DNA from: Syntrophorhabdales bacterium
Lineage (GTDB): Bacteria; Desulfobacterota; Syntrophorhabdia; Syntrophorhabdales; WCHB1-27
Direction: 5' to 3'
Length of the DNA: 42,541 nt
Assembly: GCA_050011095.1 (NCBI GenBank)
Contig: JBEKJU010000023.1
Coordinates: 1 to 42,541 of the forward strand
Below the pieces are notes generated by a model. It was not told the origin of the DNA and searched no databases. It saw only the letters and a program-made list of their open reading frames with translations. Positions 17,415 to 27,362 of this stretch are shown piece after piece (position 1 is the stretch's first letter; each line of letters begins with the position of its first letter). Position numbers and translations under genes: made by a program.

Positions 17415-17945
17415 GTGGAACGACTGCAAGACCTGATCGAGGAAGGTCTCACCCATTTTAATATCGACCATGACGCGAAGAGCGTCGGCCATCTCGTCTC
17501 CTACATCGGGGAACTAGAGCGGTGGAACCGGACGATGAACCTCGTCGGCCTTAAGGACAGCCGGCGGATCGTGGGCGAGCTCGTGTACGATGCCTTTTTC
17601 CTCCACACCCGCGTCGCCGGGGAGAGGTCCCTTCTCGACCTTGGATCGGGCGCGGGGGTTATCGCAATTCCCCTTTCCATACTGGATCCCACGATGCGGG
17701 TCATTTCGGTTGATAAGGGCCTGAAGAAGGTCCTTTTTCAGAGGCACGCGAGGAGACTCCTGGGTCTTGCCGGCCTCGAGATCATCCATGGACGCATGGA
17801 AGACGTCGCGCCCCTCGGCGTTCGGACACTCGTTGCAAAGGCCTTCGGGCCTGCGCGCGTTATTCTTGCCGAAGGCCGGAGGCATCTGGGCGAGGGGGGT
17901 CGTGCGTTCATCGTGAAGGGGTTCGTTTACAAAAAGGTTTCATAG
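17415..17945 (+). CDS. rsmG: 16S rRNA m7G527 methyltransferase RsmG (GidB), short C-terminus
   Basis: ELERWNRTMNLVG, LLDLGSGAGVIAIPL, KKVLFQ, GRME. Sits in the classic position upstream of parAB. Only 176 aa. Confidence 0.85.
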   Translation: MERLQDLIEEGLTHFNIDHDAKSVGHLVSYIGELERWNRTMNLVGLKDSRRIVGELVYDAFFLHTRVAGERSLLDLGSGAGVIAIPLSILDPTMRVISVDKGLKKVLFQRHARRLLGLAGLEIIHGRMEDVAPLGVRTLVAKAFGPARVILAEGRRHLGEGGRAFIVKGFVYKKVS

Positions 17946-17976
17946 ACAGATTGTTTTGTGCTAATGTATCTTGTCC

Positions 17977-18741
17977 ATGGGAAAAATCATAGCGATTGCG
18001 AACCAGAAGGGCGGCGTGGGGAAAACGACGACGGCAATCAATCTCGCCGCCTCGGTCGCCGTCGCCGAACATCGCACCCTCCTCATAGATATGGACCCCC
18101 AGTGCAACGCGACCAGCGGGTTCGGCGTATCATACGGTAAACTGAAAAAACACCTGTACCGGACCATTATCGGCGAGGCGACCATAGAACAGGTGATCGT
18201 GAAGACGGAACTTCCCATGCTCGATCTCGTCCCCGGCCATCCCGATATGATCGGCGCGGAGATCGAGCTTCTTGATATGGAGGAGCGGGAGCTGATATTG
18301 AAAAAGGCCCTCGTTGGGGTAAGGGAGAGTTATCCCTATACGATTATAGACTGCCCCCCTTCCCTGGGGCTCCTGACGGTCAATGCCCTGGCCGCCTCCG
18401 ATTTTGTCATCATTCCCCTTCAGTGTGAATATTACGCGCTGGAGGGGCTTGTTCTTCTCTTAAAGACGATCTCCGTGATCAAGAAGAAACTCAATCCCCC
18501 CCTGGACATTCTCGGGGTGCTTCTCACCATGTTCGACAAGCGGAACAACCTTTCCTTCCGGGTCATGGAGGAAGCGCGGAAACACCTCGGCAGCAAGGTG
18601 TTTCAGACGGTTATTCCGAGGAACGTTCGGTTGAGCGAGGCGCCGAGCTACGGGAAGCCCGTGATCCTTTACGATGCAGCCTCGAAGGGTGCGGAAAGCT
18701 ATCTCGATCTCGCCGCGGAAATATCATTTGACGGGGGATAG
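17977..18741 (+). CDS. parA: Chromosome partitioning ATPase ParA/Soj
   Basis: IANQKGGVGKTT, DMDPQCN, IDCPPSLG, QCEYYALEG, IPRNVRLSEAPSYG. Confidence 0.96.
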   Translation: MGKIIAIANQKGGVGKTTTAINLAASVAVAEHRTLLIDMDPQCNATSGFGVSYGKLKKHLYRTIIGEATIEQVIVKTELPMLDLVPGHPDMIGAEIELLDMEERELILKKALVGVRESYPYTIIDCPPSLGLLTVNALAASDFVIIPLQCEYYALEGLVLLLKTISVIKKKLNPPLDILGVLLTMFDKRNNLSFRVMEEARKHLGSKVFQTVIPRNVRLSEAPSYGKPVILYDAASKGAESYLDLAAEISFDGG

Positions 18742-19557
18742 ATGCGGAAGAAGGACCCGCTGGGGAGAGGACTTTCGGCTATACTGAAGGACGTGGACGA
18801 AGGGGGGATTCATCTTATCCCCGTGCAGCAGATAATCGTGAACCCCACGCAGCCCCGCGTCGAGATGCGGCAGGAATCGCTCGCCGAGCTCGCCTCCTCC
18901 ATCGAGGAAAAGGGGCTGCTCCAGCCTATTCTCGTGCGGAGGAAAGAGGGCGCCTACGAGATCATCGCGGGCGAGCGCCGTTTTAGGGCCGCAAAGATGG
19001 CGGGGCTGAAAGAGGTGTCCGCGATCATCAGAGACGTCGACGACCGCGAGGCCCTTGAGCTTGCAATGGTCGAGAACCTCCAGAGGGAGGACCTGAACCC
19101 TATCGAGATAGCGACCGTCTATGAGCGGTTCGTGGAGGACTTCGGCTACACCCACGAAGGCCTCGCCAAAAAAATGGGCATCGAGAGAAGCTCTGTTTCG
19201 AATTATATCAGACTCCTCAAGCTCCCGTCATGGATAAAGGATCTGATGGTAGAGGGCAGGCTGACCCAGGGCCACGGAAGGGCCCTCATCGGATTGACGA
19301 CCGAGCAGGATCAGAAGAAATACGTGAGAAAGGTGCTCGACGACGGCCTGTCGGTAAGAGAGCTGGAACAGGTGCGAAAAAAGGCGGGGCTACCGAGGCC
19401 CTCACCCTTCTCCCAGGTGGAAGAGATGCTGCGGGAGGTACTGAAGACGAAGGTGCAGGTGACCTTCAGGAGGAATAAGGGGAAGGTGATCATCGAGTTC
19501 TATTCAAAGGAGGACCTCGAAAGACTGCTCGACTCCCTTGCTGCCCTGCATCAATAA
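18742..19557 (+). CDS. parB: Chromosome partitioning protein ParB/Spo0J
   Basis: LGRGL, QPR, GLLQPI, IAGERRFRA, ENLQREDL and an HTH region. Confidence 0.96.
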   Translation: MRKKDPLGRGLSAILKDVDEGGIHLIPVQQIIVNPTQPRVEMRQESLAELASSIEEKGLLQPILVRRKEGAYEIIAGERRFRAAKMAGLKEVSAIIRDVDDREALELAMVENLQREDLNPIEIATVYERFVEDFGYTHEGLAKKMGIERSSVSNYIRLLKLPSWIKDLMVEGRLTQGHGRALIGLTTEQDQKKYVRKVLDDGLSVRELEQVRKKAGLPRPSPFSQVEEMLREVLKTKVQVTFRRNKGKVIIEFYSKEDLERLLDSLAALHQ

Positions 19558-19660
19558 AATTTGAAAATTTGGTTGAAAATCTACCGGCTTTCATGTTATG
19601 AAAGACTCGGTTGGGAAAAACATTCTAATAACGGCTGTACGGCCTTACAAGGGATAACGC

Positions 19661-20086
19661 ATGATTGATCTCAATTACACCCTCATTATTCAGTTTAGTC
19701 AGTTCCTTATCCTCCTTATCCTCCTTAATTTCCTCCTCTTCAGGCCCATGCTCAACGCGCTGAAGAAACGGCACACCACGATCCAGTCTCTGGCCGAGCG
19801 GGCGGAGGACACGGGCAAAGAGGCGGAGGGGCTCACGAGGACCTATGAGGAAAACCTGAAGGAAAAGAGGCTGCCCGTAATGGAGCAGCGGGAGAAGGCG
19901 CTCAAGGAGGCGCATGCCGTCTCAATGAAGGTCATCGAAGAGGCAAGGCGAGACCTTGCCGAAGAGCTGACAAAGGTGAAAGACACGGTAAAGAGCGAGG
20001 GCGAGAGCGCGTTCAAGGCGCTTCTGGGTGAATCCGACCGGTTTGCCGTGGAGATAGCTCAAAAGATAATGAAAAGAGGCATCTGA
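19661..20086 (+). CDS. atpF: F0F1 ATP synthase subunit b' (peripheral stalk)
   Basis: N-terminal TM (MIDLNYTLIIQFSQFLILLILLNFLLFRP) followed by coiled coil. First of two tandem b-type genes. Confidence 0.88.
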   Translation: MIDLNYTLIIQFSQFLILLILLNFLLFRPMLNALKKRHTTIQSLAERAEDTGKEAEGLTRTYEENLKEKRLPVMEQREKALKEAHAVSMKVIEEARRDLAEELTKVKDTVKSEGESAFKALLGESDRFAVEIAQKIMKRGI

Positions 20087-20586
20087 TGGGACTTGGTAGA
20101 GATCTTCCCGTATGGCTCCACTTGCTGTTGCAGTTCGTCAATTTTGCCATCCTCGTCGGGGTTCTCGTCTATTTTTTGAGGAAGCCCCTCAAAGGGTTCC
20201 TCAAAAACAGGCAGTATGCCGTGAAGGAGAAAATAGAGCAGGCCGAGCGGGCGATAAGGGAGGCCGAGGAGCTTAAAAAGGCTTATCAAGAGAGGCTCTC
20301 CAGGATCGAGGGCGAGATAGACGCCTTTCGTGCCTCGGTTCTCGGGGAGGTAGAGAAGGAGAAAAAGAGGATCCTCGACGGGGCTCATGCACTCGCCGGC
20401 CGGATAGGCGAACAGGCGCGCCTTGCGTACGAACAGGAAATGAAAGAAGCGACTGCCAGGATTCGCACCGAGATCGCCGAGCGGACGACCAGGGAAGCCG
20501 ACCGGAAGGTACGCGAGATGTTCAAGGAGGAGGACCATGACCGGATGGTCGAGGAGTTTATTCAGAAGGTAAGGAGCGTCAATTGA
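20086..20586 (+). CDS. atpF: F0F1 ATP synthase subunit b
   Basis: QFVNFAILVGVLVYFLRKPL TM followed by coiled coil; precedes atpH. Confidence 0.88.
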   Translation: MGLGRDLPVWLHLLLQFVNFAILVGVLVYFLRKPLKGFLKNRQYAVKEKIEQAERAIREAEELKKAYQERLSRIEGEIDAFRASVLGEVEKEKKRILDGAHALAGRIGEQARLAYEQEMKEATARIRTEIAERTTREADRKVREMFKEEDHDRMVEEFIQKVRSVN

Positions 20587-21125
20587 TACGACAGTCGATT
20601 GCGAAGAGATATGCGAGAGGCCTTTTCGCCGTGGGCGAAAAGGATGGGAAGTACACGGATTACCTGCGAGGGCTGCAGGAGATACTCAGTACCGTGGAAG
20701 GGGAGCCGAGGATCGGGAAGGCCCTGATGCTGCCCCTTTTCGAAATGGACAAGAGAAAGGCCGTGCTTTCCGATCTCATGGGTCTCCTCGGCGCCGCGCC
20801 GCCGGTTGCCGCTCTTTTGGGCCTGCTCCTTGAGAGAAACAGGATGAATTATCTGCCCCTCATCCGTGATGCCTATGAGGAGATGGTCGATGACAGGGAG
20901 GGAAGGGTCAAAGGCATCGGCTATTCGGCGTACCCTGTCTCTGATAAGGTGAAGTCCCGGATCGAGGAGGCCCTCGGCGAGAGGCTCAACAAGAAGGTGC
21001 AGCTCCAGATCAGGGAGGACAAGGACCTCATCGGCGGGATCAAGGTGATCGTGGGCGGGATGAGAATCGACGGGAGTGTCAAGAAGCAGCTTGAATTACT
21101 GAATGAAAGCATGATGAAGGAGTAG
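20583..21125 (+). CDS. atpH: F0F1 ATP synthase subunit delta
   Basis: [18 protein letters not shown]...IDGSV. TTG start overlaps the atpF stop. Confidence 0.93.
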   Translation: MIRQSIAKRYARGLFAVGEKDGKYTDYLRGLQEILSTVEGEPRIGKALMLPLFEMDKRKAVLSDLMGLLGAAPPVAALLGLLLERNRMNYLPLIRDAYEEMVDDREGRVKGIGYSAYPVSDKVKSRIEEALGERLNKKVQLQIREDKDLIGGIKVIVGGMRIDGSVKKQLELLNESMMKE

Positions 21126-21129
21126 ACCG

Positions 21130-22638
21130 ATGGCAGTCAAGGCAGACGAGATAAGCAGGATCATAGAACAGAAGATATCGGGTTTCGAGAGGGAGATCGA
21201 CCTCCAGGAGACGGGCACCGTTATCTCGATCGGAGACGGTATTGCCCGGGTCTACGGCCTTGAAAATGCCGTGTCCGGCGAGCTGATCGAATTTCCCCAC
21301 AATGTGATCGGCATGGTCCTGAACCTGGAGGAAGACAACATAGGGGCCGTTATCTTCGGCGATTACACGGAAATAAAGGAAGGGGACATAGTCCGGAGGA
21401 CCAACAGGATCGCCCAGGTGCCCGTGGGTGAGGGCCTTGTCGGTCGCGTCGTTGACGCCCTGGGGAACCCCCTTGACGGAAAGGGGCCCATCGAGGCGAA
21501 GGAGTATAGAAACGTGGAGCAGAGGGCCCCGGGCGTCGTCGTGAGGCAGCCCGTGAAAGAACCTCTGCAGACGGGCATAAAGGCGATCGATGCCATGATC
21601 CCCATCGGGAGAGGGCAGAGAGAGCTGATCATCGGGGACAGGGGCACCGGCAAGACCGCCATCGTCATCGACACTATTATCAACCAAAAGGGTAAGGATG
21701 TCTTCTGCATCTATGTGGCCGTGGGCCAGAAGCGGTCGTCCGTGGCAAGGATCGTCGATACGCTCACCGCGTACGGCGCCATGGAATACACCACGGTGGT
21801 GGCCGCCACCGCGAGCGATACGGCCCCGCTCCAGTACCTCGCGCCTTTTTCGGGTTGTTCGATGGGCGAATACTTCAGGGATACGGGGCGGCATGCCATG
21901 ATCGCCTACGACGACCTCTCGAAACACGCGGTCGCCTACAGACAGCTCTCGCTCCTCTTGAGACGGCCGCCTGCACGGGAGGCCTACCCCGGTGACATAT
22001 TCTACCTCCATTCGAGACTGCTCGAAAGGGCGGCGAAATGGGATGACGCCCACGGCGGGGGCACTTTGACCGCCCTTCCCATCATAGAGACCCAGGCGGG
22101 CGACGTGTCGGCATACATCCCTACAAACGTCATCTCCATTACGGATGGACAAATATACCTGGAGCCGGAGCTATTTTATTCGGGCAACAGACCGGCGATC
22201 AATGTGGGCCTCTCCGTGTCGCGCGTCGGCGGCAGCGCGCAGACAAAGGCGATGAAGCAGGTGGCGGGCCGCCTCAGGATCGACCTTGCCCAGTATCGGG
22301 AGATGGCCGCGTTCGCGAAGTTCGGGAGCGACTTGGACAAGTCCACACAGGCCCTTCTCTCCCGGGGCGCGCGACTCCAGGAGCTTTTGAAGCAAGGCCT
22401 TTATACGCCTTATCCCGTCGAGAAACAGGTGGCGCTGCTTTTCGCGGGGACGAACGGCTACACGGACATATACCCCGAGGCGCTTATTCCGCGCTACGAG
22501 CAGGAGATGCTGGCCTACATGGAAAAGGAGCACCAGGACATACTGGCAGCCATAAGGGAAAAGAAACAGATCGACGCGGCCACTGACGCGAGCCTGAACA
22601 AGGCGCTGGCCGCATTCAAAGAAAAATTCACCTACTAA
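21130..22638 (+). CDS. atpA: F0F1 ATP synthase subunit alpha
   Basis: [43 protein letters not shown]. Confidence 0.98.
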   Translation: MAVKADEISRIIEQKISGFEREIDLQETGTVISIGDGIARVYGLENAVSGELIEFPHNVIGMVLNLEEDNIGAVIFGDYTEIKEGDIVRRTNRIAQVPVGEGLVGRVVDALGNPLDGKGPIEAKEYRNVEQRAPGVVVRQPVKEPLQTGIKAIDAMIPIGRGQRELIIGDRGTGKTAIVIDTIINQKGKDVFCIYVAVGQKRSSVARIVDTLTAYGAMEYTTVVAATASDTAPLQYLAPFSGCSMGEYFRDTGRHAMIAYDDLSKHAVAYRQLSLLLRRPPAREAYPGDIFYLHSRLLERAAKWDDAHGGGTLTALPIIETQAGDVSAYIPTNVISITDGQIYLEPELFYSGNRPAINVGLSVSRVGGSAQTKAMKQVAGRLRIDLAQYREMAAFAKFGSDLDKSTQALLSRGARLQELLKQGLYTPYPVEKQVALLFAGTNGYTDIYPEALIPRYEQEMLAYMEKEHQDILAAIREKKQIDAATDASLNKALAAFKEKFTY

Positions 22639-22648
22639 CGGACTGACT

Positions 22649-23509
22649 ATGGCGACCCTGCGAGATATAAGAAGAAAGATCAGCAGTATCAGGAGCACCC
22701 AAACAATTACCAGGACCATGAGGATGATCTCCGCGTCGAAGTTGCGGCGGGCCCAGGATGAGCTGGAAAAGGTTACCGCCTACGCGCTCCGGACGGAGGA
22801 GCTTTTGAAGCGGTTGGCGAGCCACATCCCGGAGAATAGCCATCCTCTCCTTTCCGGGCGGGAGGAGGTCAAGAAGGTCCTCCTTTTCCCGATTGCCTCC
22901 GATAGGGGTCTTTCCGGCGCCTTCAACCTCAACGTTTCCAACGCCGTTGAGCGCTTCATCGAGGAGAACAGGGCACAGTACGAAAGGATAGCCGTCTATG
23001 TAGTCGGGAGGAAGGTGAGGGACTACCTGAGAAGGAGAAGGGCCGAGATCACGAAAGAGTGGCTCGATCTGAAGGTCTTGGGCCTCGATGTGGCACGAGA
23101 GATGGCCAGGGAGCTGACGGAGTTTTATCTGAGCGGCGAATTCGAGAGGGTCTATCTCGTTCACACCCACTTCCAGTCGGCCGCCGTTCAAAAGGTGGTG
23201 TTCGAAGAGTTTCTGCCGCTCAGGGCGGAAAAAGCCGAAGACGCCCCGGATTACCTGTACGAACCTGACATGCAGTCCATAGTGGACCGCTTTATCCCCC
23301 ACTACGTGCTGACGAAAATCTACTTCGCCCTCGTGGAGTCGCAGACGTCCGAGCACGCGGCCCGCATGGTGGCAATGGAAAACGCAACCACTAACTGCGG
23401 TGAGATGATCGATCATCTCACCCTCGTGTATAACAAGACACGCCAACAGAGCATCACCAATGAAATGATGGACATCGTTGGCGGTGCCGAGGCCTTACAG
23501 AGCACCTAA
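22649..23509 (+). CDS. atpG: F0F1 ATP synthase subunit gamma
   Basis: IRRKISSI...ITRTM, SDRGLSGAFN, SEHAARMVAMENAT, NKTRQQSITNE. Confidence 0.97.
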   Translation: MATLRDIRRKISSIRSTQTITRTMRMISASKLRRAQDELEKVTAYALRTEELLKRLASHIPENSHPLLSGREEVKKVLLFPIASDRGLSGAFNLNVSNAVERFIEENRAQYERIAVYVVGRKVRDYLRRRRAEITKEWLDLKVLGLDVAREMARELTEFYLSGEFERVYLVHTHFQSAAVQKVVFEEFLPLRAEKAEDAPDYLYEPDMQSIVDRFIPHYVLTKIYFALVESQTSEHAARMVAMENATTNCGEMIDHLTLVYNKTRQQSITNEMMDIVGGAEALQST

Positions 23510-25351
<1,842 letters not shown>

Positions 25352-25355
<4 letters not shown>

Positions 25356-26050
25356 TTTTCTCGATAGACGAGAGGCTCTTTGAGCTTTTTCCCGGCCTTA
25401 GGATAGGCGTCCTTGTGTGCCGCGCGGACAACACGCGGTACGGCGAGGATATCCTGGAGCCCGCTCTCGAGCAGATCCGCACCCGATTCGGCCACGAAAG
25501 GCCCCAGGACCACCCGTATGTGCGGGCATGGCGGGAGGCCTTCGCGAAGCTCGGCGTATCGGCATCCAAGTATCAAAGCTCCATCGAATCACTCGTGAGG
25601 AGGGCCCTGAAAGGCGGTGTCCTGCCGCGGGTCAACCCCCTCGTCGATCTCTACAATGCGGTTTCCCTCGAATTCCTCGTCCCCATCGGGGGTCACGATC
25701 TTTCCCCCCTTGAGGGCGATATCCACCTTGGTTTTGCGACGGGCACGGAGCCCTTTACGCCAATGGAGGGCGGCGAGGAGGAGACCGCGCAAAAAGGAGA
25801 GGTCATCTACAGGGATAACCGCTCGGTGCTGACCCGGAGATGGGTCTGGAGGCAGACGAGCAAGGACATGGTTACACCCACCACACGGTCGGTATTCATG
25901 CCCATAGACGTGCTCGGAGGCCTCGCCCCTGACCTGGCCGAGCGCGTGATGGAGCGGATCAACACGCACCTCCGGGAGAACCGGACCGGAGAGGCCATCT
26001 ATCACGATATCCTTACCGCGGAAAAAACCACGGTCGATTTCACCTTTTAG
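25352..26050 (+). CDS. B3/B4 tRNA-binding/editing domain protein
   Basis: AWREAF, SSIESLVRR, VNPLVDLYNAVS, PIGGHDL, GEVIYRD and RRWVWRQ, typical of free-standing B3/4 proteins. Confidence 0.88.
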
Positions 26051-26192
26051 GGCTCGTCAGCCGACCGCCGGTTCCGAATGGACTCGATGCGGGGAAAGCG
26101 GTCTGTTTAAAAGTGCTATCCCCGAACAAACACGCCCACCGGTCATCACCGGAAATACCCGCTCTATACAACCGGAAACGTCACCCGTCCGT

Positions 26193-27017
26193 TCATTGTG
26201 GCTTCTCCCCTTCATTCTTGGGAGCGGGCTTCGTTTGCTGTCGCGGCTTTGGCTGGGCAGCGGGCTTTGCCTGCATCTGCGGTTTGGGCTGAGCCTGCCG
26301 GCGAATTTGCGGACCGGCCGGCTTCGCCTGCATCGGCTGTCCCTGGTGAATCTGCTGACCGGTCTGTGTGGCCGGACGAATGATGGGCCTGGCCGGCTGT
26401 CCGGGGTACTGCACGGAACCAGGCCTCATTTGTTGAAGCTGTCCCTGGTGTCCTGCCTGGACCTGAGGCGTGTGGAACTGCTGGAGAGGGGGAGCCTGAT
26501 GTCCCGGCTGACCCGGATGGTCATTGCCCATCTGAGCATGGACCGGTTTGAGTCCAAAATACGCGTCATTATGGATTATGTGGTGATTGTGCTCAAGGGC
26601 CGCCCGATGGCGTTCGATCTCAACCCTTCGAACCATGTGTTCGTGACGCCAGCGGTCCATATAGACCGGTGTCACCCTCACTCCGTGATCACGCCAGACT
26701 TCGACGTGCCTTACGCCACTAGCGATAAAGACGACGTCAACGTATGCCCCATGTCTTTCATATACATAATAGTCGTAATGATAGGCGACGGGGAAGGGCG
26801 GAGGAAGATAGACGGGCTCTCCATAGACGACCGGAGGCTGCTCCATGTATTGCTCCGCCGGAGGCTGCCCCGCATATTCCTGGGGCGGCGGGGTGTTAAT
26901 CGGAGCGACCATCGCCCCGTTAGGATTGTCGCCCCTTTCGGCGCATCCACATAAACCGGCGACACCTAACGAACAGATAGCCGCGAAAAACAAAAACCGC
27001 ATTACTCCATTTCTCAT
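26193..27017 (-). CDS. Hypothetical lipoprotein with Pro/Tyr-rich, His-rich and Gln/Pro/Lys-rich regions
   Basis: ATG 27017 with a GGAGG RBS; signal peptide ending LCGC (lipobox-like); low-complexity C-terminus (MQAKPA, QPKP repeats). Confidence 0.7.
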   Translation of the reverse strand: MRNGVMRFLFFAAICSLGVAGLCGCAERGDNPNGAMVAPINTPPPQEYAGQPPAEQYMEQPPVVYGEPVYLPPPFPVAYHYDYYVYERHGAYVDVVFIASGVRHVEVWRDHGVRVTPVYMDRWRHEHMVRRVEIERHRAALEHNHHIIHNDAYFGLKPVHAQMGNDHPGQPGHQAPPLQQFHTPQVQAGHQGQLQQMRPGSVQYPGQPARPIIRPATQTGQQIHQGQPMQAKPAGPQIRRQAQPKPQMQAKPAAQPKPRQQTKPAPKNEGEKPQ

Positions 27018-27204
27018 CCGGTCCTCCATGAAATACTCCGTAGACCTGCGGGGAGGATCACCCCGCCAGGTTAAAAAATGCAATTGCGTCACCCGTGGCG
27101 GCCGGGCGTATCATTCCTTCACGGACATGGCGTCTTACGACCCCGAAACCTTCGGGCGGACATGGTATAGCACCTTCCGCCGCAAAGGTTCAACAAGAAA
27201 ATGA

Positions 27205-27234
27205 TTGACATCTGCCGTTTGTCTTAGTTAGATT
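27205..27234 (+). promoter_or_regulatory. sigma70-type promoter for the membrane pyrophosphatase
   Basis: TTGACA (27205-27210), 18 nt, TAGATT (27229-27234), followed by an AT-rich tract. Confidence 0.5.
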
Positions 27235-27362
27235 TAGAGACTCATGTGAATTTTTTAATTATTTCTCGCAACTGGCAACGGCAAGTCCATGAGGCGCTGC
27301 GGTTGCGGTTTCTCAATAGGGCGCTCGGTACTAAAAAAACTTTATGTTCAAGGAGGTTATAA

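Noticed and set aside
17297-19660. parS sites or oriC/DnaA boxes near rsmG-parA-parB
   Set aside because: No TGTTTCACGTGAAACA-like palindrome or TTATCCACA cluster found by eye.
27244-27262. Rex-like operator downstream of the hppA promoter (ATGTGAATTTTTTAATTA)
   Set aside because: Only the left half-site resembles TTGTGAA-N4-TTCACAA, which is too weak to call.
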